From positions 50,611 to 114,610 of IMG/VR virus record IMGVR_UViG_3300027804_000049: DNA of 64,000 bases; one strand, written 5' to 3'. Numbering within the stretch: the first letter of the stretch is position 1; each line of letters begins with the position of its first letter. Position numbers and translations under genes: made by a program. Shown here one piece after another: positions 1 through 9,600 of this stretch. This DNA comes from a virus. The notes under the pieces were generated by a model, which saw nothing but the letters and a program-made list of their open reading frames with translations, was not told where the DNA came from and made no database searches.

Positions 1-890
1 CCATGAAGACGCTTGGACATTGCCTCTGCGACTTCAGACATGTTGTTGATTGTGCTGCCCGCTGTGTATCCAGGAATGTCAGCGCCAGCCGTAATAGCTA
101 CGGTAGCCGCTGAAGTCTGGAGTGATGGGCGGCGATCCGCTGGAGCTTCAATTACTTCAGTAACTGTAGCTTCAGTCTCGTTTGCGGCGGCGGTCACTGG
201 TGCCTCCTGCTCCTTCTGCTCATTTTGAGCAACTTGGGTTGTTTCTGGGGTAGCTGAAACTTCGATTTCAGCTGATGCTGCAACAGGTTCTGTCGCAACT
301 TCTGCAGCTGGTGCCTCTACGTTTTCAGTTGGTTCTGCTGAAAGTTCGGCTTCTGGAGTTACCTCGGCCACTGCTTCCGCAGGAGTTTCTTCTGCAACAG
401 CAGCTTCTGCAGCTGGTGTTACTTCAGTAGCAGCAACTTCTTGAGTTGCTACAGGTGTTTCTGCTGGGGTTGAAAACTCAGATGCCTCTTCCACAGTAGT
501 TGACGCTTCGGCCATTGGCTTATCCTCTTCTTTTTCTTCTTTCATAACTGGAGCAGCAGGAGCCTCTTCAGGCATTTCCTTCTCCTCTTTATTACTGTCA
601 GAATCGGTTTCGCCTTCAGGCATTTCTTCCTTCATTTCGTCACCCTTAACACGCATTGCGGCTTCAGCGGCGCGTGCAGCAAGCTCTTGAGCTTGTGCCT
701 CACGACGAGAAATTTCACCACGTACTGTGTCAAGCATGTCTGCCAATGAGGTCATGGCGTCTACTGTCTGCGGAGATGGATCCTCCTTTTCAACCGTTTC
801 AAATTCGCTGACGATAGCACTCTGTAACTCAACAAGCTTTTCAGCGTCGAGTTCAGAAAGCTGGTCTAGCATTTCTTTTATACGGTCCAC
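1..890 (-). CDS. Major capsid protein with long N-terminal scaffold-like region (5' part only; runs off window)
   Basis: Not in the ORF track because it is truncated. GTG at 890 after AGGAGG. Open frame MDRIKEMLDQLSEL...acidic A/E/P/T region...VAITAGADIPGYTAGSTINNMSEVAEAMSKRLH. Lies directly downstream of the protease gene. Confidence 0.75.
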   Translation of the reverse strand, partial: MDRIKEMLDQLSELDAEKLVELQSAIVSEFETVEKEDPSPQTVDAMTSLADMLDTVRGEISRREAQAQELAARAAEAAMRVKGDEMKEEMPEGETDSDSNKEEKEMPEEAPAAPVMKEEKEEDKPMAEASTTVEEASEFSTPAETPVATQEVAATEVTPAAEAAVAEETPAEAVAEVTPEAELSAEPTENVEAPAAEVATEPVAASAEIEVSATPETTQVAQNEQKEQEAPVTAAANETEATVTEVIEAPADRRPSLQTSAATVAITAGADIPGYTAGSTINNMSEVAEAMSKRLH

Positions 891-1018
891 TGTCCCTCCT
901 CCGGGCCAGTCATGATGAACAAGATTTGTTAGTTCATCTCGCTAATCAGTCCAAGGCCGAGGGACTCTACGCGGGTTGCGTGGAGGCACTCTACCTGGAT
1001 TGAATAATACATTATATT

Positions 1019-4000
1019 TTAAGTTAAGAGTCGGAGAAGCTTGCTCAATTCTGAGGAAATCTCAGCTTGAGAGAAATAATCTCCACCTGACATAAACGAC
1101 TTGAGTCCTGTAGTCGCCTCATCAGCCTCGTCCTTTCCTATCTTTTCTTCTACCCTTGGGATCATATCTTCGATAAGACCTTTTAAGGCCGGAGGAAGAT
1201 CGCTGTAGCGGATCTTCTCCGTGTCGCTTCCAAACGGCAATGGGAGATTTGCAATGGTCTCTCCCAAGGCTCTTGCCGAGGTGCGAATATTTTCTATTGA
1301 GTCTGGGTTAAGTGCACGGGTATCAATTCTGTCAACTATGGAGATAACGTCGCCTGCGGCTCTCGCTGCCTCCATGTAGTTTCCAGCGTTGTCAAGGTTT
1401 TCGGCCTTTTCAATTTTGTCGACTACCTTGTCAAGTCCAACGTCGCCAAGGTCCTGCTTTATACGAGCTAGAACTTGACGAAACTTACCTTTTGCATCAC
1501 GCGGCTGAGTCTTGCCAGGCACGTACTTACCTGCCTGAACGTCTGTTACTTCTGCGAACTCAGCCGCTGATGCTTTTCCCAAATCGTTTTGCTCCTCGTT
1601 TGAATAAGCCATTCCAGCGGTCTCAAGAGACGCTATCATTGCGATGCGCTCGCGTAGATAGGCCACCTCTTCACCAAGTTCTTGGCTTGATAACGATTTC
1701 CATTTATCTGGAATTAAGTCTGGACGGTCAAGTTGACGAGCGCGCTTCATGATGTGGCGTCTAACAGCCGCACGCTTGCCTGGCTTTGATCTTCCGTAAG
1801 CTTGAATTGAATCCTTCAAGGAGTCGATGTTTGTAATGGGGTATGAACCGTCTTTAAGAGCGTAACCTTTCTTAGCAAGTTTCTGACGTCTCTCTCGGGA
1901 GATGTAGCCAAACTCGTCATCAAACTTTTGTACTCCAAAAACTCTAGAATACAAGGCATCTGCACGAGCGGAAAGCTCTGCGGCATGTGCCTCCTTAAGA
2001 GCTGTGAAGCGCTCACGAGCAACGTCCGCTTTTGATGAAAGTTCAGCTTGTTCTAACTGCTCCAGTTTTTGTATACGAGAGGTCAAATCTGCGATTGGAT
2101 CTGCCTTCATGCGTGCAAGAACTCCTGCGCCAGCCGCAACAAGTGCCATAACCGCACCTGAGGCAACGCGAGCACGGGCAATAGGGAACCCTGGAACGTT
2201 TACCTGGCAAACCGCTACAAGCTCAAGTTTACCGTTAATTGGACGCCAATCACCAGAAGGTGCAGACGCACGAACTGCGCGAACCTGCTCCGGTGTAGTT
2301 CCTGGACGTAAAGCTCCTGATACCCAGATACCAAAGGCATCTTCTCCAGTATGAACGTCCGCAAAGGCAGACGCGGTGTCATCGTAGTGACGCACCGCCT
2401 CATGAGCGGAAGCCTCAAGTGAGGCATGTCCGCCTGCTAGAGTTAGTTGTCCAACAGGAACGTCTGTTCCGTCGTCTGTGCGAACTACACCTGTATGAAA
2501 ATACGCGTAGTTGCTTCTTGAACGTGGTGGCTTTGTGCCAAATGACATTCCGATATGATCTACATGCCACGCTGCAATATGACCAAATACACGACCTTCG
2601 TCGTCAACGGTCAATGGAGTTGGCTTGTCGAGTTGCGGATTGTCAAACCACGAACGCGGTGGTACGACTGGGATTGATCCTGCCACTAAGCCACAAGCGA
2701 CAAGCGCTGAAGCCTCTACAGGATCCATCTCGTCGACATATACGCCGTCCGGGATCACTGTTTCCTCCTGATTCTCGTCTTCGACGAGGTAGATTTGGCA
2801 CTCTTGGAATGCCGGTTTTGGTACGAGTGTCACTGCCATAACTCGCGCATGCGTAATCACAAGTTTGTCAGCTCCAATCTTACCACTGTCTTTTTCAGCC
2901 AGTTCAGGCACTTCTTGACTTGCCTCGAACTGGTCGAGATCCGCAGAAACTCCACGGATAAAACCATTACTTATTAAACGCTCTGCTTCCTTACCATATT
3001 CTCCAGAGTCAAATACGCCGTGCGCGTTTCCAATTCCACCTTCTACACGTTCCATGTGATCAATACGTCCAATTACAACTGATCCATTGTGTCCTTCGCC
3101 AGTTTCAATTTGCCACATCAATGGCAAAGGTAATTCACGAATTTCTATTGCACCTTTCTTAAAGGTACGTCCATCGCCAGTTTCAATCTCCTCTGGAATT
3201 ACAAGAGGAATCTTAAACTTTGCACCTTCTGCTGTTGTCGTCTCTTCTTCAAGATGCCCTGCTGCAGTAAGAACTCGTCTACGAGCATCTGCCGCTCGAG
3301 CAGAAAGAATAGATGATTGAAGAATCTCATCTACAGAAAGTAGTCCGCGCTTCTTTTTACCAATGTTGTTTTTGCTTCCTGGCCAGGTACCTGTCATCTC
3401 CTTGTGACGAAGAGCGCAGTAGCCTTTCGCGCGAGGACCCATGTACTTCTTAAGGTTGCGATAACAACGCGTCCAATCACCTGGAGTATTCCAACGAATC
3501 TTTATAACTCCGCCTTTACCGATTGTCCAGTAGCGACGTAAGTTTTCTGCATTTCCTCTATTGCGATCTAAGCCACCAGCTGCGGTTAGGAACATTCCAT
3601 TTTTACCATTCCAAAGGACTGTAATAAACTCAAAATCCTTTACAGATGCAGTTACTGGAGCTATTCCATCAACTTGCTCAATGACTGTTTTAAGAGATGC
3701 ACCATCAAGAGGAACTACAGGAGGCGGAGTTGCAGACTTCATATCAGCAAGTATTCGCTCGTCACGCACCCATTTTTTATCCTTGCGAATATAAGTCATC
3801 GCATCAGTTGAGGTAGAGCTAGCTGGGACTAATGACACTAGCTCATAAACAGCGCTAGGGTCCGTATCTGAAACAACTGCAAAAAACACAGGTTGTACGT
3901 CAGATGTTTCAGGTGATATCTCCTTAGACTCACCTGGAGAAACGGCGCTTGTGATGGGTTGATAATACATTTTGTTTGGGTAGTAATATTCGCCGTCTGA

Positions 4001-5644
4001 ACCTTTAACCTTCTTGTTTAAGAAACTTGCAAGAGCTGGGTGTTTATATGGATCAAGCTTAAGCTTAACTCCAGTTAATTTCTCTAGCTCTTTAAGATAA
4101 GGACTCTTTGAAACTTTTTCTATCTGATTTTTTCCAGTAATAACCTTTGGGCCAGATCCGTCCGAGCGAGACTCAAACCCTTCTGTCTTATTTGCATCAA
4201 ATGCGTCACGTTGAGATTTTACCCAGCCTGGCCAATCACCAAGTACTTTTCCCATATCTTCAGAAGTCATTGCTGGAAGAGTTCCAGGAATCTTAGCTCC
4301 GGGACGATCGATAGGAACGCGAGGTTCACCAAGAATACCTGACGTGTTAAGGGGAGTTATATCTACAGGCGCAGTTTTTTGAGCGCTAACTGAAGACTCT
4401 GGTTCTGTTGCAGTCGCAGGAACATCTACTACATCTCCTGAATCAAGTTGTACTCTAACACTTTGCTTTTCAGGATCAATTGCTACTATGTTACCAGATC
4501 CGCGTTCGGCGTCTCCACCAACAACTACACGTGATCCTTGCTTTGAAAATCTTCCGGTTTTATCGCGTACTTGTTTTGCAGCTTTTTCAGACCTTTCCTC
4601 GGGAGTGTAGTCTCCGTCTCCTTCGGTTTCGCCTTCAGCGGCAGCTATAAGCGAGTCAATAAATTCTAAGTCTAACTCGTTAGCTGCAGCTGCAAATAAC
4701 TCGGCTTCCTCTTCATCAATGTCAAAAACTGAAACTGGTCTAAATGGATCTTCTTGGAAGCAGGCGCTTAAAAAGAACGCAGACTCTGCATCAATTTCAA
4801 TGTGAACCTTTTCTACTGAAAGACTCTCTTCGTCGTCTAGCGCCATGTCATAGCTAGCAAGGTCTTGGTTTACATCATCTAATGTGTTCCAAGTTCCTCC
4901 GTCCCAGACTTTAACGTCGTAGTTCTCATCAATCTTGTATAGGCGATCAATTCCAGAGCCGTCCATACGCATACGAGCAATAAACTCAACTGCTTCTAAA
5001 TTATGCTCAAACGCGCCTAAGTCCGTAGGGTATCGGGTGTTAACTGCATAATCAAACTCGTCCTCTTGGTATGAGCTGTCTGCGTATCCATCTGCGCTTA
5101 ATGACTTTTTGTTTTCTCTTTCAACGATGGCACGCGCCCATCTCCACGCGGTGTCGCCACCCCAGAGAGCCCACGCAATACGCCCATTTGACGGAAAACC
5201 GTCTTCTCCTGGCGAGTAACCTTTTGCCTTCTTATCAATCTCATGACGAGGGAAATACTTTGCAATATGACGGACCTTTTCAATTCCAATTTGTCCTCCT
5301 CTTGAAAGAGTGCGGGCTGTGTTAAGACCTACTGGAGTTCCTCCGCGCTTGTGCTCCTTGCGCCACTCAAGAGCTTTATTTGCCTCCTCTTGAGCGCCTT
5401 TAGGAATTGTGTATAAACGACGAGCGCCACCCAATATACTTACGTCTAATGTAGTAAGTGCGGCACTAGCTAATTCAAGTTGGGAGTCAGTAATATCTAG
5501 ATCTTCATCGCTCCATGTAGCAGAGGCAGTTAATGAAGATAAAGCTCCTTGATTAACAACTAAGTTTTCCTCAGAGTTAATCACAACACCTTGGGTGTCG
5601 TTTGAAAAAAGAACAAGAGGTCCGCTTTTTCCTACTACATTCAT
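1019..5644 (-). CDS. Multidomain capsid maturation (prohead) protease fusion, 1541 aa
   Basis: Core ETGDGRTF..LPLPLMWQ..GHNGSVVIGRI..GVSADLD..AVTLVPKPAF followed by the GRVFGHIAAW..SGDWR domain typical of actinophage head proteases. Extra modules GRIAWALWGGD, LRRYW..KIRWNTPGDWTRC and DGSYPI. Position between portal and capsid gene. Confidence 0.8.
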   Translation of the reverse strand: MNVVGKSGPLVLFSNDTQGVVINSEENLVVNQGALSSLTASATWSDEDLDITDSQLELASAALTTLDVSILGGARRLYTIPKGAQEEANKALEWRKEHKRGGTPVGLNTARTLSRGGQIGIEKVRHIAKYFPRHEIDKKAKGYSPGEDGFPSNGRIAWALWGGDTAWRWARAIVERENKKSLSADGYADSSYQEDEFDYAVNTRYPTDLGAFEHNLEAVEFIARMRMDGSGIDRLYKIDENYDVKVWDGGTWNTLDDVNQDLASYDMALDDEESLSVEKVHIEIDAESAFFLSACFQEDPFRPVSVFDIDEEEAELFAAAANELDLEFIDSLIAAAEGETEGDGDYTPEERSEKAAKQVRDKTGRFSKQGSRVVVGGDAERGSGNIVAIDPEKQSVRVQLDSGDVVDVPATATEPESSVSAQKTAPVDITPLNTSGILGEPRVPIDRPGAKIPGTLPAMTSEDMGKVLGDWPGWVKSQRDAFDANKTEGFESRSDGSGPKVITGKNQIEKVSKSPYLKELEKLTGVKLKLDPYKHPALASFLNKKVKGSDGEYYYPNKMYYQPITSAVSPGESKEISPETSDVQPVFFAVVSDTDPSAVYELVSLVPASSTSTDAMTYIRKDKKWVRDERILADMKSATPPPVVPLDGASLKTVIEQVDGIAPVTASVKDFEFITVLWNGKNGMFLTAAGGLDRNRGNAENLRRYWTIGKGGVIKIRWNTPGDWTRCYRNLKKYMGPRAKGYCALRHKEMTGTWPGSKNNIGKKKRGLLSVDEILQSSILSARAADARRRVLTAAGHLEEETTTAEGAKFKIPLVIPEEIETGDGRTFKKGAIEIRELPLPLMWQIETGEGHNGSVVIGRIDHMERVEGGIGNAHGVFDSGEYGKEAERLISNGFIRGVSADLDQFEASQEVPELAEKDSGKIGADKLVITHARVMAVTLVPKPAFQECQIYLVEDENQEETVIPDGVYVDEMDPVEASALVACGLVAGSIPVVPPRSWFDNPQLDKPTPLTVDDEGRVFGHIAAWHVDHIGMSFGTKPPRSRSNYAYFHTGVVRTDDGTDVPVGQLTLAGGHASLEASAHEAVRHYDDTASAFADVHTGEDAFGIWVSGALRPGTTPEQVRAVRASAPSGDWRPINGKLELVAVCQVNVPGFPIARARVASGAVMALVAAGAGVLARMKADPIADLTSRIQKLEQLEQAELSSKADVARERFTALKEAHAAELSARADALYSRVFGVQKFDDEFGYISRERRQKLAKKGYALKDGSYPITNIDSLKDSIQAYGRSKPGKRAAVRRHIMKRARQLDRPDLIPDKWKSLSSQELGEEVAYLRERIAMIASLETAGMAYSNEEQNDLGKASAAEFAEVTDVQAGKYVPGKTQPRDAKGKFRQVLARIKQDLGDVGLDKVVDKIEKAENLDNAGNYMEAARAAGDVISIVDRIDTRALNPDSIENIRTSARALGETIANLPLPFGSDTEKIRYSDLPPALKGLIEDMIPRVEEKIGKDEADEATTGLKSFMSGGDYFSQAEISSELSKLLRLLT

Positions 5645-6591
5645 GCCTGCTCTTTTCCTGTCTCATCAGTGACTGGTCCGCCCGCAATCCATGCATCGCA
5701 TGTGCGCGAGGCGGCACACTTAAAGTCAAGGGCCTCGCAATATCCTAATTCGCCTTGAACCACCACGTCATAGGAATCTTCAACGTTTCCGCCGCCTTGC
5801 TGTAGGCCTTGGGCAATACAGTCCTTCATCTTAGAGGTAATAATAAACGCAGCACAGTTACCACATCTGCTTGTTTTAGCATCTTCAATAGAAACGCTCC
5901 AACGAGTTGCCTTTTTCTGCCAAAACTCGTCGTTAGGCTCCTGTGGATTTAATGGGCCATAACCAATGTTGTCAATTGCGTTTTGGCGGTTTTTAAGATT
6001 TAGTTGAATATCCTGAGTTGCAGGAGGGCAGGCGTCTCCCTCTGCTGCCGCAACAACTGGCTCTTCAGACTTTTCTCCATCGAGGTACTTAACAAGATAA
6101 TCATAAGGTCCGTTTGGATCAACTGACCCTAGCGTTGCAAACATGAGCTCAGTCATGCCATCAGCTGTAATTTTTTGGTCAGGGTCCTCGCTTGAAAGTT
6201 GATCATACAAATCTGGATAATCTGCAAACACCTGATCAATTTCATCGTAGGTTTTAACGTCCATTTGTTGGCGACTATCACTATAACTTGCCTCTCGTAC
6301 TCTTTTAAGTTGTACCTTTTCAGAGTCTGTGGCAAGTTTTAAGCTCGACTCTTCAAAGGGTTTTGAGAATCTAAAATTTCTTAAGTTGAATGTGGCAATG
6401 TCAAGAAGATACTCAATGTCTAGATCTTGTCCTTCCTTGACCTTACTCATAACAAGGTTTACTCTTTTTACTGGGTCAAAGATTTGACGTTCCTTATCTT
6501 CAAAGACATAGACAAATTTTTTGCTATCTGCAGCTATAGAAAACACATGAGTGCCATCACTCAAATCGTAAGCTCTAATTACCTTTACCAT
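5641..6591 (-). CDS. Head-module protein with C-terminal Cys-rich domain
   Basis: 316 aa; CPPATQD..GYGPLNP..RCGNCAAF..GYCEALDFKCAASRTCDAW; overlaps the protease start. Confidence 0.7.
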   Translation of the reverse strand: MVKVIRAYDLSDGTHVFSIAADSKKFVYVFEDKERQIFDPVKRVNLVMSKVKEGQDLDIEYLLDIATFNLRNFRFSKPFEESSLKLATDSEKVQLKRVREASYSDSRQQMDVKTYDEIDQVFADYPDLYDQLSSEDPDQKITADGMTELMFATLGSVDPNGPYDYLVKYLDGEKSEEPVVAAAEGDACPPATQDIQLNLKNRQNAIDNIGYGPLNPQEPNDEFWQKKATRWSVSIEDAKTSRCGNCAAFIITSKMKDCIAQGLQQGGGNVEDSYDVVVQGELGYCEALDFKCAASRTCDAWIAGGPVTDETGKEQA

Positions 6592-6602
6592 AGTGTCTCT
6601 CC

Positions 6603-9600
6603 TTAGTCCCAGTACTCTAGATCCATTACGTTTTCAAGTGCCTTGTATTCGTTGGTGCCTTTAGTTGTAAGAGATTTTAAGCGCGCAGTCATAGCGTCCT
6701 TAAAGGCATCATAAGTTCCCCACTTTTCAATGATCTTATCCATTTCAAAACCTTTAGGTTGATATAAGGGGTTATTAAGATTTCTTACAATCTTGTCTGT
6801 TTCATTCTTATAAATCTTTATCATACCTTCTTGCCCAATGCGACGTAGCATCACTGGAATGTGCTCAAGGTACACATCTGCTTCTTGTATTGTTCCACCT
6901 TGGAAATATTCCTCTATAGAAGTAGTGTCTTTCTTAAGCTCACCAACTGTGTTATCAACTGGGAATATGCGAAGCTTATTGGTTACTTGATCAAATGCTA
7001 CCATCCAGTTTCCATCATGTCTATCTTGGTTGTTTCCAAGCATATCAAGTATTGACATTCTAATTAAGTCTTCCGGTGCATCAAGAGAAGTTACAAACGT
7101 AACTGGATTAGAAACGTTTACATCTTCACCTCTTGCGTTTTTTACTCCCTTACGAAACGCTGTTGATGCGTTGACTGCTTCATTTACTAATGGAATCACA
7201 GATCCTGCACGGCTCATCACAACCATGTTGCGGTCATTTCTTCCTACTCGCACATCGTGGATACCTTGCATCCCTGCTGCCTTTAGTAGTATTGATGCCT
7301 CAAGCTCAGTTACTCCTGCATCTGTGTCTGAAAAATTAGAAACAAAGTTATCATTTTTCACGTAAAAGACTTGCCCGCTTGCGATATGTGTTACTTCAAA
7401 TGTAGCATTTACTCCAGACTCGACACCACTGAGCTGGCGAGCGCTAAATCCAGAGTCTTTTAGCTTTGTGCCACTGCCGCCTACGTCATCAAAAAAGTCT
7501 TGTACTCTCAGTTGAGAAAGCACCTCTGCAGAGTTAAACGGATCTGAGTATCCATGGTCAGCTATGTATTCGTTCGTAAGACCTTCACGTAAGCGAAAAA
7601 CATCATCTAATGGCATACTTCTGTCTTTGTCTAAAATCTGTTGACTTATATAGTCATTAAGAGCATTTTTTGCACTTGGAGACAAAGTAGCAAGTGATCT
7701 ATTGTTTCTTATAACGTCGCGTATTTGGCTGTAGTAAGGGGAAACTTGTGGGCTATTTCTAAAGGCGTCTGACTCAATTACAGCAATGCCATCTGAGGAA
7801 ACATTGGGTATGTTTTGCTTAGACTTAACACGTTTTTCAGCATTTCCTATTTGACTATTGTTTGCTGCTTGAACTTGTTCTTTAGCAGTAGGCTCTAGGT
7901 TTTTAGTTCCGTTCCAGCTTTCACTTATCAGTACTCTTTTACCTAGCCAGTCATTAGCGCCTGGACGCCAACCTACGCGTGCAAATTCCATAGGAGTTGG
8001 CACCCTAGACATATCATATTCACCATTTGGCAATTTAGCTGCTTTAAGTTTTTCAACTAAAATTTCAACGTCACTTTCTTCTTCTTTATTTCTTACTTGT
8101 CTTCTAAAGTCTGACATGTTTATAATTTCTGCACTATTTTTCCAGTTAAATCCACTTAGTGCCCAGACAAATCCGCCTTGGTATTCTCTTCCACCTGCAG
8201 CGTAGACTTCTACTTTTTTAATCCCGTTTGCAATGTACCAATTTTCTGTGTAACGATTAAACGCAGTTGCAAATCCTGTCTTTTTACGACCAACTCTGAG
8301 ATACTGATTTTTAGCGTATGAGTCTGCTATTACAACGTTTCCATTTTCATCTACCTTTTTCTTTACTACCAGGTAGCGCTGTATCTCACCTACGGCTGTA
8401 CCAGACACATCTCTTACTACCATACTTGTATTTATTGTGTAATCAAATCTTCCATTTGCTATCTCTTCTTCAGTAGCTCCTGAAAGTGGCGTAACATTAG
8501 TACTTAAATTGTTAATTGATAATGAAAATAATTCTCCGCCAAATGTGACACCTTCGCGAACTCCGTATATGTCGCCAACTATCTCTGTTAGACGATCTTT
8601 TGCCTCACGAGATGCAGCAGCGTCACCTTCATTAAGTATACGTGAAAAAGTGGAGACTTGTTCTTCCAAACTTTTTAGTGATATGCGCTCATTAGCAGCT
8701 TTTGCAATTTCTGCATCCCGTGAGCCCCAGGCTGAAAAATCAGATTGAACTGCATCTTTATTTGTGCGGTCTTTGATGTAGTCAGGAATGGTGCTATCAT
8801 CATTAACTCCAGCAGTCTCGCCTGAGCGAGCTATGCGCGGAGGCGCTGCTACAGGCGCATCAAGGCGTTCTTGAACATCTCTTGCAGACGGCTGTGATTC
8901 TGCTTCTACTACTGTAGGAGCTTTTCCACTTGCATCTGAAATTGCAAGCACCTTTGACGCAGAACGCACCGCGGTGCTTCCATCATCAAATCTAATACGT
9001 AAGTACTCTGGATCGTTTTGTACTGCTACAACAGTTCCAACTTGTCCGTCCTTTAATGCTTTAACGCGCGCGCCTTTACCAACCACAGCACCATCGCGAT
9101 CTCTAGTGGTGTTGTTTGGAGAGTACCCTGGTTCTTTAGGTCCTGGGTACACGTACTGTGGAGCTGCAGGAGCTGCAGGAGCTGCAGGAGCTTCAGGTTC
9201 AGGAGTTGCAGGAGTTTCTTCTTCTTTTTCTTCCGCATCAACGTTTGTTTGATAGATGCTTTCACGCTCTTGAGGAGTAAGATCTCTCCAGCCAGCTTGG
9301 CCAGCTCCTCTTGGATCTGAGAACCAGTCTTGTGAAACTGTAAGCTTTGTAATCGAACCATCGCGTGCAATATAAAGGTCTTCCCATGGATCAACGTATG
9401 CAAGTGATCCGTCAGAAGGTAGATACGAAATTACGTTAATTCCGCTTGGAAATAAGTCGTTTCCAATGTCATAAAAATCTTTTATTGCATCAATGTTATC
9501 ATTAAACATATTTGCTACTTGAGGTGACTCAGGTACTTGAGCTGGCTCGGGTGCTTCTTCAAAGTCATTTGATTCTCTGCTAATTCGCTCTAATACATCA

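Noticed and set aside
13-915. Short + strand ORFs here and antisense ORFs throughout large genes
   Set aside because: Shadow frames of well-supported genes on the opposite strand or frame.
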